A DNA stretch of 32,000 nt from Longivirga aurantiaca. Its GTDB lineage: Bacteria; Actinomycetota; Actinomycetes; S36-B12; CAIYMF01. The translations under genes were made by a program, and so were the position numbers. A model generated the notes under the pieces. It worked only from the letters and a program-made list of their open reading frames with translations, had not been told where the DNA came from and did not search any database. The stretch lies in assembly GCF_042660085.1 (NCBI RefSeq), contig NZ_JBHSTI010000008.1:1779876-1811875 (forward strand), given 5' to 3'. Below, piece by piece: positions 20,098-30,168 of the stretch (position 1 is its first letter; the number at the start of each line of letters is the position of its first letter).

Positions 20098-23000
20098 ATG
20101 TACCGCCCTGTGCCGCCGCAGGTCGACCTCGCCGCGGTCGACCACGAGGTGCTCGCCTTCTGGCGCGACCACGACGTCTTCGACCGCTCCCTCGCCCAGA
20201 GCGAGGGCCGCCCGCTCTGGGTGTTCAACGAGGGCCCCCCGACCGCCAACGGCATGCCCGGCACCCACCACGTCGAGGCGCGCGTCTTCAAGGACGTCTT
20301 CCCGCGGTACCGGACGATGAAGGGCTACCACGTCCCCCGCAAGGCCGGCTGGGACTGCCACGGCCTCCCCGTCGAGCTCGCGGTGGAGAAGGAGCTCGGC
20401 TTCTCGGGCAAGAAGGACATCGAGGCGTTCGGCATCGCGGAGTTCAACGCGACGTGCCGCGAGTCGGTGCTGCGCCACGTCGGCGCCTTCGCCGACCTCA
20501 CCGAGCGCATGGGCTACTGGGTCGACATGGGCGACGCCTACTGGACCATGGACCCGCAGTACGTCGAGTCGGTCTGGTGGTCGCTCAAGCAGATCTTCGA
20601 CAAGGGCCTGCTCGTGCAGGACCACCGGGTCTCGCCGTACTGCCCCCGCTGCGGCACGGGGCTGTCCGACCACGAGCTTGCCCAGGGCTACGAGACGGTC
20701 GTCGACCCGTCGGTCTACGTGCGGTTCCCCGTCACGGGCGGCCCGGTCGCCGAGGCGGTCGAGGGTGCCGCGCTGCTGATCTGGACGACGACGCCGTGGA
20801 CCCTCGTGTCCAACACGGCCGTCGCGGTCCACCCCACCGTCGACTACGTCGCTGCGCGCACGGCGGACGGCGAGACGCTCGTCGTCGCGGAGCCGCTGCT
20901 CGCCCAGCTCGGCGACGGCGCCGAGGTCGTCGCCCGCTGGACCGGCACCGAGCTCGCGGGCACGACGTACTCGCGGCCGTTCGACCTCGTCGACATCCCG
21001 GACGCGCACTACGTCGTCACCGCCGACTACGTGACCACCGAGGACGGATCCGGCCTCGTGCACCTCGCGCCGGCGTTCGGTGCCGACGACCTCCTCGTCG
21101 GTCGGGCCAACGGCCTCCCGGTCGTCAATCCCGTGCGGCCCGACGGCACCTTCGAGGAGGGCATCCCCCTCGTCGGCGGCATGTTCTTCAAGAAGGCCGA
21201 CGCGCCGCTGGTCGACGACCTGCAGGCACGGGGGCTGCTGTTCAAGCACGTGCCCTACGAGCACGCCTACCCGCACTGCTGGCGCTGCCACACGCCGCTC
21301 GTCTACTACGCGCAGCCCTCCTGGTACATCCGCACCACCGCGGTGAAGGACGCCCTGCTGCGCGAGAACGAGGGCACCGACTGGCACCCCAGGACGATCC
21401 AGTGGGGGCGGTACGGCGACTGGCTCCACAACAACATCGACTGGGCCCTCTCGCGCAGCCGCTACTGGGGCACACCGCTGCCGATCTGGCGCTGCGACGC
21501 CGGCCACCTGACGTGCGTCGAGTCGTTGGCAGACCTCGGATCCCGTGCCGGGCAAGAGCTCTCGAGCCTCGACCCGCACCGCCCGTTCGTCGACGACGTC
21601 ACGTTCCCGTGCAGCGACTGCGACGGCACGATGACGCGCGTGCCCGAGGTGATCGACGCCTGGTACGACAGCGGAGCCATGCCGTTCGCGCAGTTCGGCT
21701 ACCCGCACACCGGGCAGCAGGAGTTCGCCGATCGCTACCCGGCCGACTTCATCTGCGAGGCGATCGACCAGACGCGCGGGTGGTTCTACACGCTCATGGC
21801 GGTGGGCACGCTGGTCTTCGACAGGTCGTCGTACAAGACGGTGCTCTGCCTCGGCCACATCCTCGACGAGGAGGGCCGGAAGATGAGCAAGCACCTCGGC
21901 AACGTCCTCGAGCCCATCCCGCTGATGGACGAGCACGGCGCCGACGCCGTGCGCTGGTTCATGCTCGCCGGCGGATCCCCGTGGCAGGCACGACGTGTCG
22001 GCCACGGCACGATCCAGGAGGTCGTGCGCAAGACGCTGCTGACCTACTGGAACACCGTGTCGTTCCAGGCGCTGTACGCACGCGAGTCGGGCTTCGAGCC
22101 GACCACCACGGCGGCTCCCCCGGCTGCCGAGCGCCCCGCGCTCGACCGGTGGGCGCTGTCGGAGGCGCACCGGCTCGCGCGCGACGTCGACGCCGCGCTC
22201 GAGTCGTACGACACCCAGAAGGCCGGACGCCTGCTGTCGGCGTACGTCGACGACCTGTCGAACTGGTACGTCCGCCGCTCGCGCCGTCGCTTCTGGGCGG
22301 GCGACCCGTCGGCCCTCGCCACGCTGCACGAGTGCCTGTACGTCGTGACGCTGCTGATGGCGCCGTTCACGCCGTTCATCACCGAGCGGGTCTGGCAGGA
22401 CCTGTTCGCCTCGACCAGCGACGAGCTGCCCGACTCCGTGCACCTGTCCGCGTGGCCGGCCGTCGACGGCGCGCTCGTCGACGACGACCTCGCGGTGCAG
22501 ATGGCGACCGTGCGGCGTCTGGTCGAGCTCGGCCGGGCCGCACGTGCGACGTCCGGCGTCCGCACGCGTCAGCCGCTCGGCCGTGCGCTCGTCGCGTCGC
22601 CCGGGTGGGACAGGCTCTCCCCCGCACTGCGCGCGGAGGTGTCCGAGGAGCTCAACTGCGGCGACCTGCTGCCGCTCGGCGAGATGGCCGGCCACCTGGT
22701 CGACGTGAGCGTGAAGGCCAACTTCCGCGCGCTCGGCAAGCGGTTCGGCAAGGGCACTCCTCCGGTGGCGGAGGCGATCGCGGCGGCCGACGCCGCGGCG
22801 CTCGTGGCCTCGCTGCGCTCGAGCGGCAGCGCGGGCGTCGTCGTCGACGGCGAGGACGTCTCCCTCACCGAGGAGGACGTCGTGATCACCGAGACGCCGG
22901 TGCAGGGCTGGGCCGTGGCCTCGGACGGCGGAGAGACGGTGGCGCTCGACCTCGAGCTCACGCCCGAGCTGCGCCGTGCCGGGCTCGCCCGCGAGTCGGT

Positions 23001-23235
23001 GCGGCTCGTCCAGGACGCACGCAAGTCGTCCGGCTTCGCCGTGAGCGACCGCATCGACCTCTGGTGGGTCGCGACCGACGACGAGCTCGGCGAGGCGTTG
23101 CGCGAGCACGGCAGCACCGTGGCCGACGAGGTGCTCGCGACGTGCTTCACCGAGGGCGAGCCCGCCGAGGCCGCGGGCCTGTTCGCCGGCGAGGACCTCG
23201 AGCTCGGCCTGCGCTTCTGGGTCCGCACCGTCTAG
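20098..23235 (+). CDS. ileS: Isoleucyl-tRNA synthetase (eukaryote-like clade)
   Basis: 1045 aa: FWRDHDVFDRSL...WVFNEGPPTANGMPGTHHVEARVFKDVFPRYRTMKGYHVPRKAGWDCHGLPVELAVEKELGF, HPHCWRC-like YPHCWRCHTPLVYY, GRKMSKHLGNV (KMSKS-like). Confidence 0.97.
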   Translation: MYRPVPPQVDLAAVDHEVLAFWRDHDVFDRSLAQSEGRPLWVFNEGPPTANGMPGTHHVEARVFKDVFPRYRTMKGYHVPRKAGWDCHGLPVELAVEKELGFSGKKDIEAFGIAEFNATCRESVLRHVGAFADLTERMGYWVDMGDAYWTMDPQYVESVWWSLKQIFDKGLLVQDHRVSPYCPRCGTGLSDHELAQGYETVVDPSVYVRFPVTGGPVAEAVEGAALLIWTTTPWTLVSNTAVAVHPTVDYVAARTADGETLVVAEPLLAQLGDGAEVVARWTGTELAGTTYSRPFDLVDIPDAHYVVTADYVTTEDGSGLVHLAPAFGADDLLVGRANGLPVVNPVRPDGTFEEGIPLVGGMFFKKADAPLVDDLQARGLLFKHVPYEHAYPHCWRCHTPLVYYAQPSWYIRTTAVKDALLRENEGTDWHPRTIQWGRYGDWLHNNIDWALSRSRYWGTPLPIWRCDAGHLTCVESLADLGSRAGQELSSLDPHRPFVDDVTFPCSDCDGTMTRVPEVIDAWYDSGAMPFAQFGYPHTGQQEFADRYPADFICEAIDQTRGWFYTLMAVGTLVFDRSSYKTVLCLGHILDEEGRKMSKHLGNVLEPIPLMDEHGADAVRWFMLAGGSPWQARRVGHGTIQEVVRKTLLTYWNTVSFQALYARESGFEPTTTAAPPAAERPALDRWALSEAHRLARDVDAALESYDTQKAGRLLSAYVDDLSNWYVRRSRRRFWAGDPSALATLHECLYVVTLLMAPFTPFITERVWQDLFASTSDELPDSVHLSAWPAVDGALVDDDLAVQMATVRRLVELGRAARATSGVRTRQPLGRALVASPGWDRLSPALRAEVSEELNCGDLLPLGEMAGHLVDVSVKANFRALGKRFGKGTPPVAEAIAAADAAALVASLRSSGSAGVVVDGEDVSLTEEDVVITETPVQGWAVASDGGETVALDLELTPELRRAGLARESVRLVQDARKSSGFAVSDRIDLWWVATDDELGEALREHGSTVADEVLATCFTEGEPAEAAGLFAGEDLELGLRFWVRTV

Positions 23236-23239
23236 TCGA

Positions 23240-23288
23240 CGTACGAGGAGGCCCCGACCGCGTGCTGCGGTCGGGGCCTCGTCGTACG
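23240..23288. terminator. Bidirectional intrinsic-type terminator hairpin between convergent ileS and divIVA
   Basis: CGTACGAGGAGGCCCCGACCGC-gtgct-GCGGTCGGGGCCTCGTCGTACG: 22-nt arms with one mismatch, immediately after the ileS stop and just before the divIVA stop. No U-tract, as is common in actinobacteria. Confidence 0.88.
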
Positions 23289-23295
23289 TCGGTGC

Positions 23296-24006
23296 TCAGC
23301 CCTGGTGCGGCGGCGTGCTCTCGCCGGGCACGGCGAACGGAGAGGCCGGCGGGGGCTGCGTCGCCGGAGCGCCCTGGGTCACCGGAGGGCCTTGGGGGGC
23401 GAGGCCCGGGGTGGGCGGTGCCGGGGGTGCGGTCGGAGGTGCCGGCGGGGCGGCCTGGGCCGGGGGCGCGGTCGGCACGCCGCCGGCAGCGGGCGCCGCG
23501 GGCGCAGCCGGAGCGGCGGGGCTGCCGTCGGTGCCGCGGTGGTCGAGATCCTTGAGCGCCGCCTCGTGGTGCTGGCGCAGGCGGGTGCGGTACTCGCGCT
23601 CGAAGGCGCGCAGCTCCTCGACGCGGCGCTCGAGGTTCTGCCGCTCGGCGGCGGCGGACTGCTCGAGCGCGGCGGCCTTGGCCCGCGCGTCCGCGAGCAG
23701 CGCGTCTGCCTCGGCCTTGGCCTTGGCGGTGTGCTCGCTCGCGGTCTTCTGGGCGAGGGCGAGCATCGCGACGGCCTCGGCGTTGTGGTCCGGCGCAGGA
23801 GCGGCCGGGGCGGGCGCGGCCGGGGCAGCCGCTGCCGCCTGCTCGGCGGCGCTGACGCGGCCCTTGAGCTCGGCGTTCTCGCGGGCCAGCGAGCCGATCT
23901 CGACCTCGACCTGGTCGAGGAACGAGTCGACCTCATCCATCTCGTAGCCCTTGCGCTTGGCAGTCGAGAACTGCTTGTTGCGCACGTCCTCGGGAGTGAG
24001 AGCCAT
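23296..24006 (-). CDS. divIVA: DivIVA/Wag31-like polar growth / cell division protein
   Basis: MALTPEDVRNKQFSTAKRKGYEMDEVDSFLDQVEVEIGSLARENAELKGRVSAAE..., coiled coil, Pro/Ala-rich C-terminal tail; located next to yggT/sepF in the division cluster. Confidence 0.93.
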   Translation of the reverse strand: MALTPEDVRNKQFSTAKRKGYEMDEVDSFLDQVEVEIGSLARENAELKGRVSAAEQAAAAAPAAPAPAAPAPDHNAEAVAMLALAQKTASEHTAKAKAEADALLADARAKAAALEQSAAAERQNLERRVEELRAFEREYRTRLRQHHEAALKDLDHRGTDGSPAAPAAPAAPAAGGVPTAPPAQAAPPAPPTAPPAPPTPGLAPQGPPVTQGAPATQPPPASPFAVPGESTPPHQG

Positions 24007-24139
24007 GGGGGTCACCTCGGTGTCAGGAGCGGGTCGGGCTACGGGTCTGGCCTGGGGTCGGGCGCTTCGGGTCGGAGTCTAGAACGGGAACAGCCGCTGA
24101 TTCGCATCGCTGCGCGCGCGTCACGCCGAAGGTCCGGCG

Positions 24140-24442
24140 TCAGAACATGAGCACGATGCCCGACAGGATGCGGATCAGGATGAACAGGATGAGAAAGACG
24201 ACGGTCAGCTGGAAGTCGAACATGCCCACACGGATCGACGGGATGACGCGCTGGAGCAGCTTGATCGGCGGATCGGTGACCGTGTAGATGAGCTCGACGA
24301 GCACCAGGACCGGCCCCGAGGGGCGCCAGTCGCGGGCGAAGATGAACACGTAGTCGACGACGATGCGGGCGATCAGCACGATGAGGTACGCCTGCAGCAC
24401 GAAGAAGAGCGTGCTCCCGACGATGGTGGTGCCGATGGTCAC
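24140..24442 (-). CDS. yggT: YggT family membrane protein
   Basis: 100 aa: VLQAYLIVLIARIVVDYVFIFARDWRPSGPVLVLVELIYTVTDPPIKLLQRVIPSIRVGMFDFQLTVVFLILFILIRIL; TDPPIxLLRRVIPxIRxGxxDxS pattern. Confidence 0.95.
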   Translation of the reverse strand: MTIGTTIVGSTLFFVLQAYLIVLIARIVVDYVFIFARDWRPSGPVLVLVELIYTVTDPPIKLLQRVIPSIRVGMFDFQLTVVFLILFILIRILSGIVLMF

Positions 24443-24474
24443 GCTGGTCCTGTCGGTCGGGAGCGGAGCGGTGC

Positions 24475-25014
24475 TCAGCTCTGGTTGAAGAAGCCGTCCT
24501 GGGCGAGGCGCTTGGCCTCGGCCGCGACGTCGACGTTGGCGGGCGAGAGCAGGAACACCTTGTTGGTGACGCGCTCGATGGTGCCGCGGCAGCCGAAGAC
24601 GAGACCCGCCGCGAAGTCGACGATGCGCTTGGCGTCGGTGTCGTCCATCTCGGTGAGGTTCATGATGACCGGCACGCCCTCGCGGAACTCCTCGCCGATG
24701 CGGCGGGCGTCGTTGTAGGTGCGCGGGTGCAGCGTGGTGATCCGGTAGAAGTCGCTCACGCCGAAGGCGTCGACGCTGGACTCCGAGGCGCGCGGCGCGG
24801 ACGCCGCCGGGGTCTCGACCGGCCGCGACGTGCGGACGGCCGGCTCGACCGTGCGTGTGGCTGCCCGCGGCTCGGGCCGCACCTCGCGGACGGAGGAGTA
24901 CTGCTGGGTGTCGCGCGCCGGGCGTGCGTCGGCGTAGTCGTCGTCGGCTGCATACTCGAGGGCCTCGTCCTCGACCAGGCCGAGGTAGACCGCCATCTTG
25001 CGCATCGCGCCCAT
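24475..25014 (-). CDS. sepF: Cell division protein SepF
   Basis: From ATG 25014 (alternative ATG 25005): [29 protein letters not shown]...[75 protein letters not shown]. Confidence 0.97.
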   Translation of the reverse strand: MGAMRKMAVYLGLVEDEALEYAADDDYADARPARDTQQYSSVREVRPEPRAATRTVEPAVRTSRPVETPAASAPRASESSVDAFGVSDFYRITTLHPRTYNDARRIGEEFREGVPVIMNLTEMDDTDAKRIVDFAAGLVFGCRGTIERVTNKVFLLSPANVDVAAEAKRLAQDGFFNQS

Positions 25015-25108
25015 GCCTGCTCCTCTGCCGTCCCGGCGGTGGTGCCGGTTCGTCGTGCTCGTGTGGTCCTCGGGAGGCGGCAGATCACCGCACACCCGTA
25101 CGGGAACG

Positions 25109-25849
25109 CTACCTGAGCCCGGCGCGTCCTCCGAGCACCGCCGTCCCCACCCGCACGTGTGTCGCGCCTGCGGCGACGGCCTCCTCGAGGTCGCCGGACA
25201 TCCCCGCGGACACCACGGTGGCGGACGGATGCGCCGCGCGCACCTCGGCGGCCAGCGCGGCCAGGCGGGCGAAGGCCGGCCGGGGGTCGACCGGGCTGCC
25301 GTCCGGGCCGAGCGGTGCGACCGCCATGACGCCGCCGAGGCGCAGCGACGAGCAGCCCGCCACCACGTCGGCGAGGGCGAGGACCTCGCGCGGGTCGGCA
25401 CCGCCCCGGTGCGCGGGCGGCGAGCCGTCGGGGACGTCGGCGAGCCCCACCTGCACGAGCACCTCGAGCACCCGGCCGTGCTCCCCCGCGGCCCTGTCGA
25501 GGGCGGTGACGAGCTCGGGCCGGTCTACCGACTCCACGACGTCGGCGTACGCCGCCACCGAGCGGGCCTTGTTGCGCTGCAGCTGCCCGACGAAGTGCCA
25601 GCGGACCCCGAGGTCGGCGCACTCCTCGTGCTTGGGCCTCGCCTCCTGGTCGCGGTTCTCCGCGACGTCGGTGACACCGAGCGCCGCGAGCAGACGGACG
25701 TCGGACGCCGGCCAGGTCTTGGTGACGGCGACGAGGGTCACGTCGTCCGGCGCGCGACCTGCGGCTGCCGCGGCCAGGCCGATCCGCGCATGCACCTCCG
25801 CCAGGTTGGCGGCGAGCTCGGCCGACCGCTGCGCGGGCGTCAGCGTCAC
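25109..25849 (-). CDS. yggS: YggS family pyridoxal phosphate homeostasis protein
   Basis: From GTG 25849: [77 protein letters not shown]...[15 protein letters not shown]...[13 protein letters not shown]...[28 protein letters not shown] (YggS/PROSC signatures). Confidence 0.95.
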   Translation of the reverse strand: MTLTPAQRSAELAANLAEVHARIGLAAAAAGRAPDDVTLVAVTKTWPASDVRLLAALGVTDVAENRDQEARPKHEECADLGVRWHFVGQLQRNKARSVAAYADVVESVDRPELVTALDRAAGEHGRVLEVLVQVGLADVPDGSPPAHRGGADPREVLALADVVAGCSSLRLGGVMAVAPLGPDGSPVDPRPAFARLAALAAEVRAAHPSATVVSAGMSGDLEEAVAAGATHVRVGTAVLGGRAGLR

Positions 25850-26595
25850 GACTGCTCCGGCTCGAGGCTGACCACGCCGCCGTGCCGGCCCGTGAGCCTG
25901 TCGCGGCGGAAGGAGTAGAGCGCGTCGGACTCCTGGGTGCACCCGCCGTGGAGCGTCACGTGGGCACCGGCCCCGCGCAGCCTGTCGACGGCGGCCGCGC
26001 GCAGGTCGAGCCCGTACGCGCCGTCGCGCGCGACCGAGGCGGCGGACGGCGCGATCGCGACGACCTGGTCGTACCTCTCGCGCGGGACGTCGTAGCAGAG
26101 GCCGCACACAGCCGGTCCGACCACGGCGCGGATGCGGGCGGGGTCGGCGCCGAGGTCGACCATCGAGGTGAGCGTGCTGCCGACGACGTCGGACGCGATG
26201 CCGCGCCAGCCCGCGTGCACGACGGCGACCACGCCCGCGTCGCTGTCGCCGAGCAGCACGGGCACGCAGTCGGCCGCGACGGTGAGCAGCGCGATCCCGG
26301 GCACGCGCGTGACGAGGGCATCGACCTCGGGCACGGGCTCGGGCTGGGGAGCACCGACCTCGCCGACGTCGTTGCCGTGCACCGGCGCCATCGACACGAG
26401 GCGGTGGCCCTCGACGCCGACCGCGGCGGCGAGGGCGTCCCGGTGGGCGCGCACACGGTCGGGGTCGTCACCGACGTGGTCGGCGACGTTGAAGGCGTCG
26501 TACGGCGGCGCGCTCGACGGCACGCCGTCGACCGCGAGCCGGTCGGAGAAGGCCCAGCGGATCCGCGGGCCGAGGTGTCCCTGCGCGAGCGTCAC
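25846..26595 (-). CDS. pgeF: Peptidoglycan editing factor PgeF / YfiH (polyphenol oxidase family, DUF152)
   Basis: 249 aa: DAFNVADHVGDDP...MAPVHGNDV...VDALVTRVPGIALLTVAADCVPVLLGD...VVAVVHAGWRGIASDVV...GPAVCGLCYDVP...DLRAAAVDRLRGAG. Confidence 0.95.
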   Translation of the reverse strand: MTLAQGHLGPRIRWAFSDRLAVDGVPSSAPPYDAFNVADHVGDDPDRVRAHRDALAAAVGVEGHRLVSMAPVHGNDVGEVGAPQPEPVPEVDALVTRVPGIALLTVAADCVPVLLGDSDAGVVAVVHAGWRGIASDVVGSTLTSMVDLGADPARIRAVVGPAVCGLCYDVPRERYDQVVAIAPSAASVARDGAYGLDLRAAAVDRLRGAGAHVTLHGGCTQESDALYSFRRDRLTGRHGGVVSLEPEQS

Positions 26596-26644
26596 ACCCC
26601 CACCCCACCATCGGGGCGGGGGCGCGTGCCACCCGGGGTCGTGA

Positions 26645-27817
26645 CTACTTCAGGAAGTCGGGGACGTCGAGGTCGTCGTCGTCGCCGGCGTCGTCGAAGA
26701 CGATCCGGCGCGGCTCCTTCTTCGGCTCCTCCTCGACGGGCACCTGGCTGACCGGGAGGACCGGCGCCTGGCCGGGCTCCGCGGTGGCGCGCGCGGTGTC
26801 GACGGCGAGCGGCGTCTCGTCGAAGTCACCCTTGGTCACAGCCTTGGTCCCGGTGCGACGCGCTGGGGGAAGACCGCCGTCGAAGCCGGCCGCGATGACC
26901 GTGACGCGCACCTCGTCGCCGAGGGTGTCGTCGATGACGGCGCCGAAGATGATGTTGGCCTCGGGGTGGGCCGCGTCCGCGACGAGGCGCGCGGCCTCGT
27001 TGATCTCGAACAGGCCGAGGTCGGAGCCGCCGGAGATCGAGAGCAGGACGCCGTGGGCGCCGTCGATGCTCGCCTCGAGGAGCGGGCTGGAGATCGCCGA
27101 CTCCGCGGCGGAGACGGCGCGGTCGTCACCGCGGGCCGAGCCGATGCCCATGAGGGCGCTGCCCGCGCCCGCCATGATGCTCTTCACGTCGGCGAAGTCG
27201 AGGTTGATCAGGCCGGGCGTGGTGATGAGGTCGGTGATGCCGCTGACGCCCTGCAGGAGCACCTGGTCGGCCTGACGGAACGCGTCGAGCATCGAGATGC
27301 TGCGGTCCGACAGCGAGAGCAGGCGGTCGTTCGGGATGACGATGAGGGTGTCGACCTCGGCGCGCAGCGAGTCGACGCCGGTGTCGGCCTGGACCCCGCG
27401 GCGCTTGCCCTCGAAGCCGAACGGACGGGTGACGACGCCGATGGTGAGCGCGCCGAGCTTGCGGGCGATGCTGGCCACGACGGGGGCGCCGCCGGTGCCG
27501 GTGCCGCCGCCCTCGCCGGCCGTCACGAAGACCATGTCGGCGCCCTTGAGCACCTCTTCGATGTCCTCGGCGTGGTCCATCGCGGCCTGGCGGCCGACCT
27601 CGGGGTCGGCGCCGGCGCCGAGCCCGCGGGTCAGCTCGCGGCCGATGTCGAGCTTGACGTCGGCGTCGCTCATGAGCAGCGCCTGGGCGTCGGTGTTGAC
27701 GGCGATGAACTCCACGCCCTTGAGGCCCACCTCGATCATCCGGTTGACGGCGTTGACGCCGCCTCCGCCGATCCCGACGACCTTGATGACCGCGAGGTAG
27801 TTCTGGGGAGCCGCCAC
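26645..27817 (-). CDS. ftsZ: Cell division protein FtsZ
   Basis: 390 aa: [59 protein letters not shown]...[20 protein letters not shown]...C-terminal [10 protein letters not shown]. Confidence 0.99.
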   Translation of the reverse strand: MAAPQNYLAVIKVVGIGGGGVNAVNRMIEVGLKGVEFIAVNTDAQALLMSDADVKLDIGRELTRGLGAGADPEVGRQAAMDHAEDIEEVLKGADMVFVTAGEGGGTGTGGAPVVASIARKLGALTIGVVTRPFGFEGKRRGVQADTGVDSLRAEVDTLIVIPNDRLLSLSDRSISMLDAFRQADQVLLQGVSGITDLITTPGLINLDFADVKSIMAGAGSALMGIGSARGDDRAVSAAESAISSPLLEASIDGAHGVLLSISGGSDLGLFEINEAARLVADAAHPEANIIFGAVIDDTLGDEVRVTVIAAGFDGGLPPARRTGTKAVTKGDFDETPLAVDTARATAEPGQAPVLPVSQVPVEEEPKKEPRRIVFDDAGDDDDLDVPDFLK

Positions 27818-27882
27818 GGCACGTGCCTTCCACTCGTCGTCGTCCGGACGCCCGAACTCTCACCCTCAGGTAGAGGTGAATA

Positions 27883-27910
27883 GTTATGTCATCCTGTGGT
27901 TAGGGGTGAA
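27883..27910 (-). promoter_or_regulatory. Candidate housekeeping promoter for ftsZ
   Basis: Minus strand TTCACC (27910-27905) - 16 nt - CATAAC (27888-27883) within a local AT-rich island (catcctg/tagttatgtc) in a very GC-rich region, about 65 nt upstream of the ftsZ start. Confidence 0.4.
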
Positions 27911-28027
27911 CCTACGGCGCGTCACCCGCGTGGCGCAAGATCGAGGTGCGCCACATCGCCGGACGCCGCCGGGGCCGGGGCCGTGATCGCTTGCGGCGCA
28001 AGGGATGCCCGGCGTCCAGAAAGCCGG

Positions 28028-28744
28028 TCAGGAACCGGAGAGGGTCCCGCGGGTGGTCGGCAGGTCCGGCGCGCTGACGTCGTAGTACGCCGCCTTCAGC
28101 GGCAGCAGGGCGGCGAGCACGGCGATCTTGGCCTCGGCCTGCTCGGCGCTCCCCCACTGCACGAGCGCGCCTCCGCGGAGGCTGAGGACGACGTCGTCGC
28201 GACTGCGGGCCACCACGGCCACGACCCGCGCGCGCAGGTCGGCGGGCAGCGAGTCGACCACCTGGACGCCGGCGAGCAGCGAGGTCTCGTCCGACGGACG
28301 CACGACCGGCAGGGCCGCGGGGCGCGTCGATGCCGAGCCGAAGCGCGCGCCGGTGGCATCGACGTAGGCGAACCCCGGGCCCGCGCGCACCACGCCGACC
28401 GGCGTGCGCTCGGTGACGACCACGACGAGGACGTCCGGCCAGCCGCGGCGCACCTCGACCGCGCCGACCTCCGGGATCGCGCCGACGCGCTCGGCGACGC
28501 CGTCGGCGTCCACCCGCGCGAGCGGGGTGCCGACGCGCACCGACGCCGCGGTGCGCACCTGGTCGACGGGGACGCCCGTGGCGCCGACGACGCGGACCTC
28601 CTGCACCGACAGGACCGAGGAGAACCAGACGAGCCAGACCGCGACGCCCGCGATCATGGCCACGAGCGCGAGGGCGAGCCACGTCCTCCAGCCGCCCTGC
28701 CGACGCGCGGCGGTGAAGCGCTCGGTCGACTCCAGGACCGTCAT
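28028..28744 (-). CDS. ftsQ: Cell division protein FtsQ (POTRA domain)
   Basis: From ATG 28744 (ATGA overlap with murC stop): [119 protein letters not shown]. Confidence 0.96.
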   Translation of the reverse strand: MTVLESTERFTAARRQGGWRTWLALALVAMIAGVAVWLVWFSSVLSVQEVRVVGATGVPVDQVRTAASVRVGTPLARVDADGVAERVGAIPEVGAVEVRRGWPDVLVVVVTERTPVGVVRAGPGFAYVDATGARFGSASTRPAALPVVRPSDETSLLAGVQVVDSLPADLRARVVAVVARSRDDVVLSLRGGALVQWGSAEQAEAKIAVLAALLPLKAAYYDVSAPDLPTTRGTLSGS

Positions 28745-30168
28745 GACGACGAGCCCTCGCGGGCGCGCAGGAGGTCGAGCACCTCGGTGCCGATCATCGC
28801 GATGTCGCCCGCGCCGAGGGTCATGACGACGTCGCCGGGGCGGGCGCGCTCGACGAGGTGCGACGCGACACGGCTCCACGAGGGCTCGAACACGACCTGC
28901 TCCGGCGGGAGCGGCACGTGCGAGGCCATCGAGACGCCCGACGCTCCCGGGATCGGCTCCTCCCCCGGCGCGAAGACCTCGAGGACGACGACCTGGTCGG
29001 CGAGCCCGAGCGACTCGCCGAACTCCTTCACGAACATGGCCGTGCGGTAGTAGTGGTGGGCCTGGAACGCGACGACGAGCTGGCTGTCGCCCACGACCTC
29101 GCGCATCGCCCGAAGCGTCGCGGCGATCTCGGTCGGGTGGTGCGCGTAGTCGTCGTAGACCTTCACGCCGGCAGCCGCGCCCTTGAAGTCGAAGCGCCGA
29201 CGCGTGCCGCTGAAGGACTCCAGCCCCTCGCGCAGAGCGGCCGAGGAGTGACCCAGGCCGAGCCCGGTCACGAACGCCGCCGTCGCGTTCAGCACGTTGT
29301 GCCGGCCCGGCACCGCGAGCTCGGTACGCCCGTGCCGCACCCCGCGCTCGAGGACGTCGAAGACCCAGCCGGTGGTGCCGACCTCGACCAGCTCGACGCG
29401 GAAGTCTGCGTCGGCCGCCTCGCCGTAGGTGCGGACGTCGACCCCAGCAGCCCGCGCCCGCTCGGCCAGGCGGCGCCCGCCCTCGTCGTCGATGCAGACC
29501 GTCACGAATCCGCCGCGGTCGCGGATCCCGGTGCAGAAGTCGAGGAAGCCCTGCTCGATGGCCTCGAACGTGCCCCAGTGGTCGAGGTGGTCGGGCTCGA
29601 CGTTCGTCACGATCCCGGCCCATGCGGGCAGCGCCAGGAAGGCGCCGTCGCTCTCGTCGGCCTCGGCCACGAAGTCTGCGCCGGTGCCATGGTGGGCGTT
29701 GCTGCCGCTCTCGTTGAGCTCGCTGCCGATCGCGAACGACGGGTCGGCGCCGCAGTGCTGCAGCGCGACCGTGAGCATCGAGGTCGTCGTGGTCTTGCCG
29801 TGCGTGCCCGCGACAGCGACGCCGCGATGGCCCGCCATCACCGCCGCCAGCGCCTCGGCCCTGCCCATCACGCGCAGCCCGCGCTCGCGGGCGGCGCTCA
29901 GCTCGGCGTTGCCCTCCTTGATCGCCGTCGACACGATCACGGTGTCGACGCCGTCGACCTGCTCGGCCGCGTGGCCGACGTACGCCTCGACGCCGATCGC
30001 GCGCAGGGCCGCGAGCCGGCGGGAGTCCTTCGCGTCGCTGCCGCTCACGGTGACGCCGCGGGCGACCAGGATGCGGGCGATGCCGGACATCCCCGCGCCG
30101 CCGATGCCGACGACGTGCACGCGCCCGAGGGCGGAGAGGTCGGCGGTGGCGTCGGTGCCCGGGGTCAC
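28741..30168 (-). CDS. murC: UDP-N-acetylmuramate--L-alanine ligase
   Basis: 475 aa: [33 protein letters not shown]...[20 protein letters not shown]...[11 protein letters not shown]...[18 protein letters not shown]. Confidence 0.98.
   Translation of the reverse strand: MTPGTDATADLSALGRVHVVGIGGAGMSGIARILVARGVTVSGSDAKDSRRLAALRAIGVEAYVGHAAEQVDGVDTVIVSTAIKEGNAELSAARERGLRVMGRAEALAAVMAGHRGVAVAGTHGKTTTTSMLTVALQHCGADPSFAIGSELNESGSNAHHGTGADFVAEADESDGAFLALPAWAGIVTNVEPDHLDHWGTFEAIEQGFLDFCTGIRDRGGFVTVCIDDEGGRRLAERARAAGVDVRTYGEAADADFRVELVEVGTTGWVFDVLERGVRHGRTELAVPGRHNVLNATAAFVTGLGLGHSSAALREGLESFSGTRRRFDFKGAAAGVKVYDDYAHHPTEIAATLRAMREVVGDSQLVVAFQAHHYYRTAMFVKEFGESLGLADQVVVLEVFAPGEEPIPGASGVSMASHVPLPPEQVVFEPSWSRVASHLVERARPGDVVMTLGAGDIAMIGTEVLDLLRAREGSSS

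Noticed and set aside
19402-23109. 1235-aa minus-strand ORF opposite ileS
   Set aside because: Antisense shadow of ileS; low-complexity composition and no recognisable domains.
20007-23555. 1182-aa plus-strand ORF in another frame of ileS
   Set aside because: Frame shadow; it also runs through the T-box and the terminator, which no real CDS should do.
26645-28744. Missing ftsA between ftsQ and ftsZ as an anomaly
   Set aside because: Absence of ftsA is normal in Actinobacteria; SepF, present here, is the usual FtsZ membrane partner.
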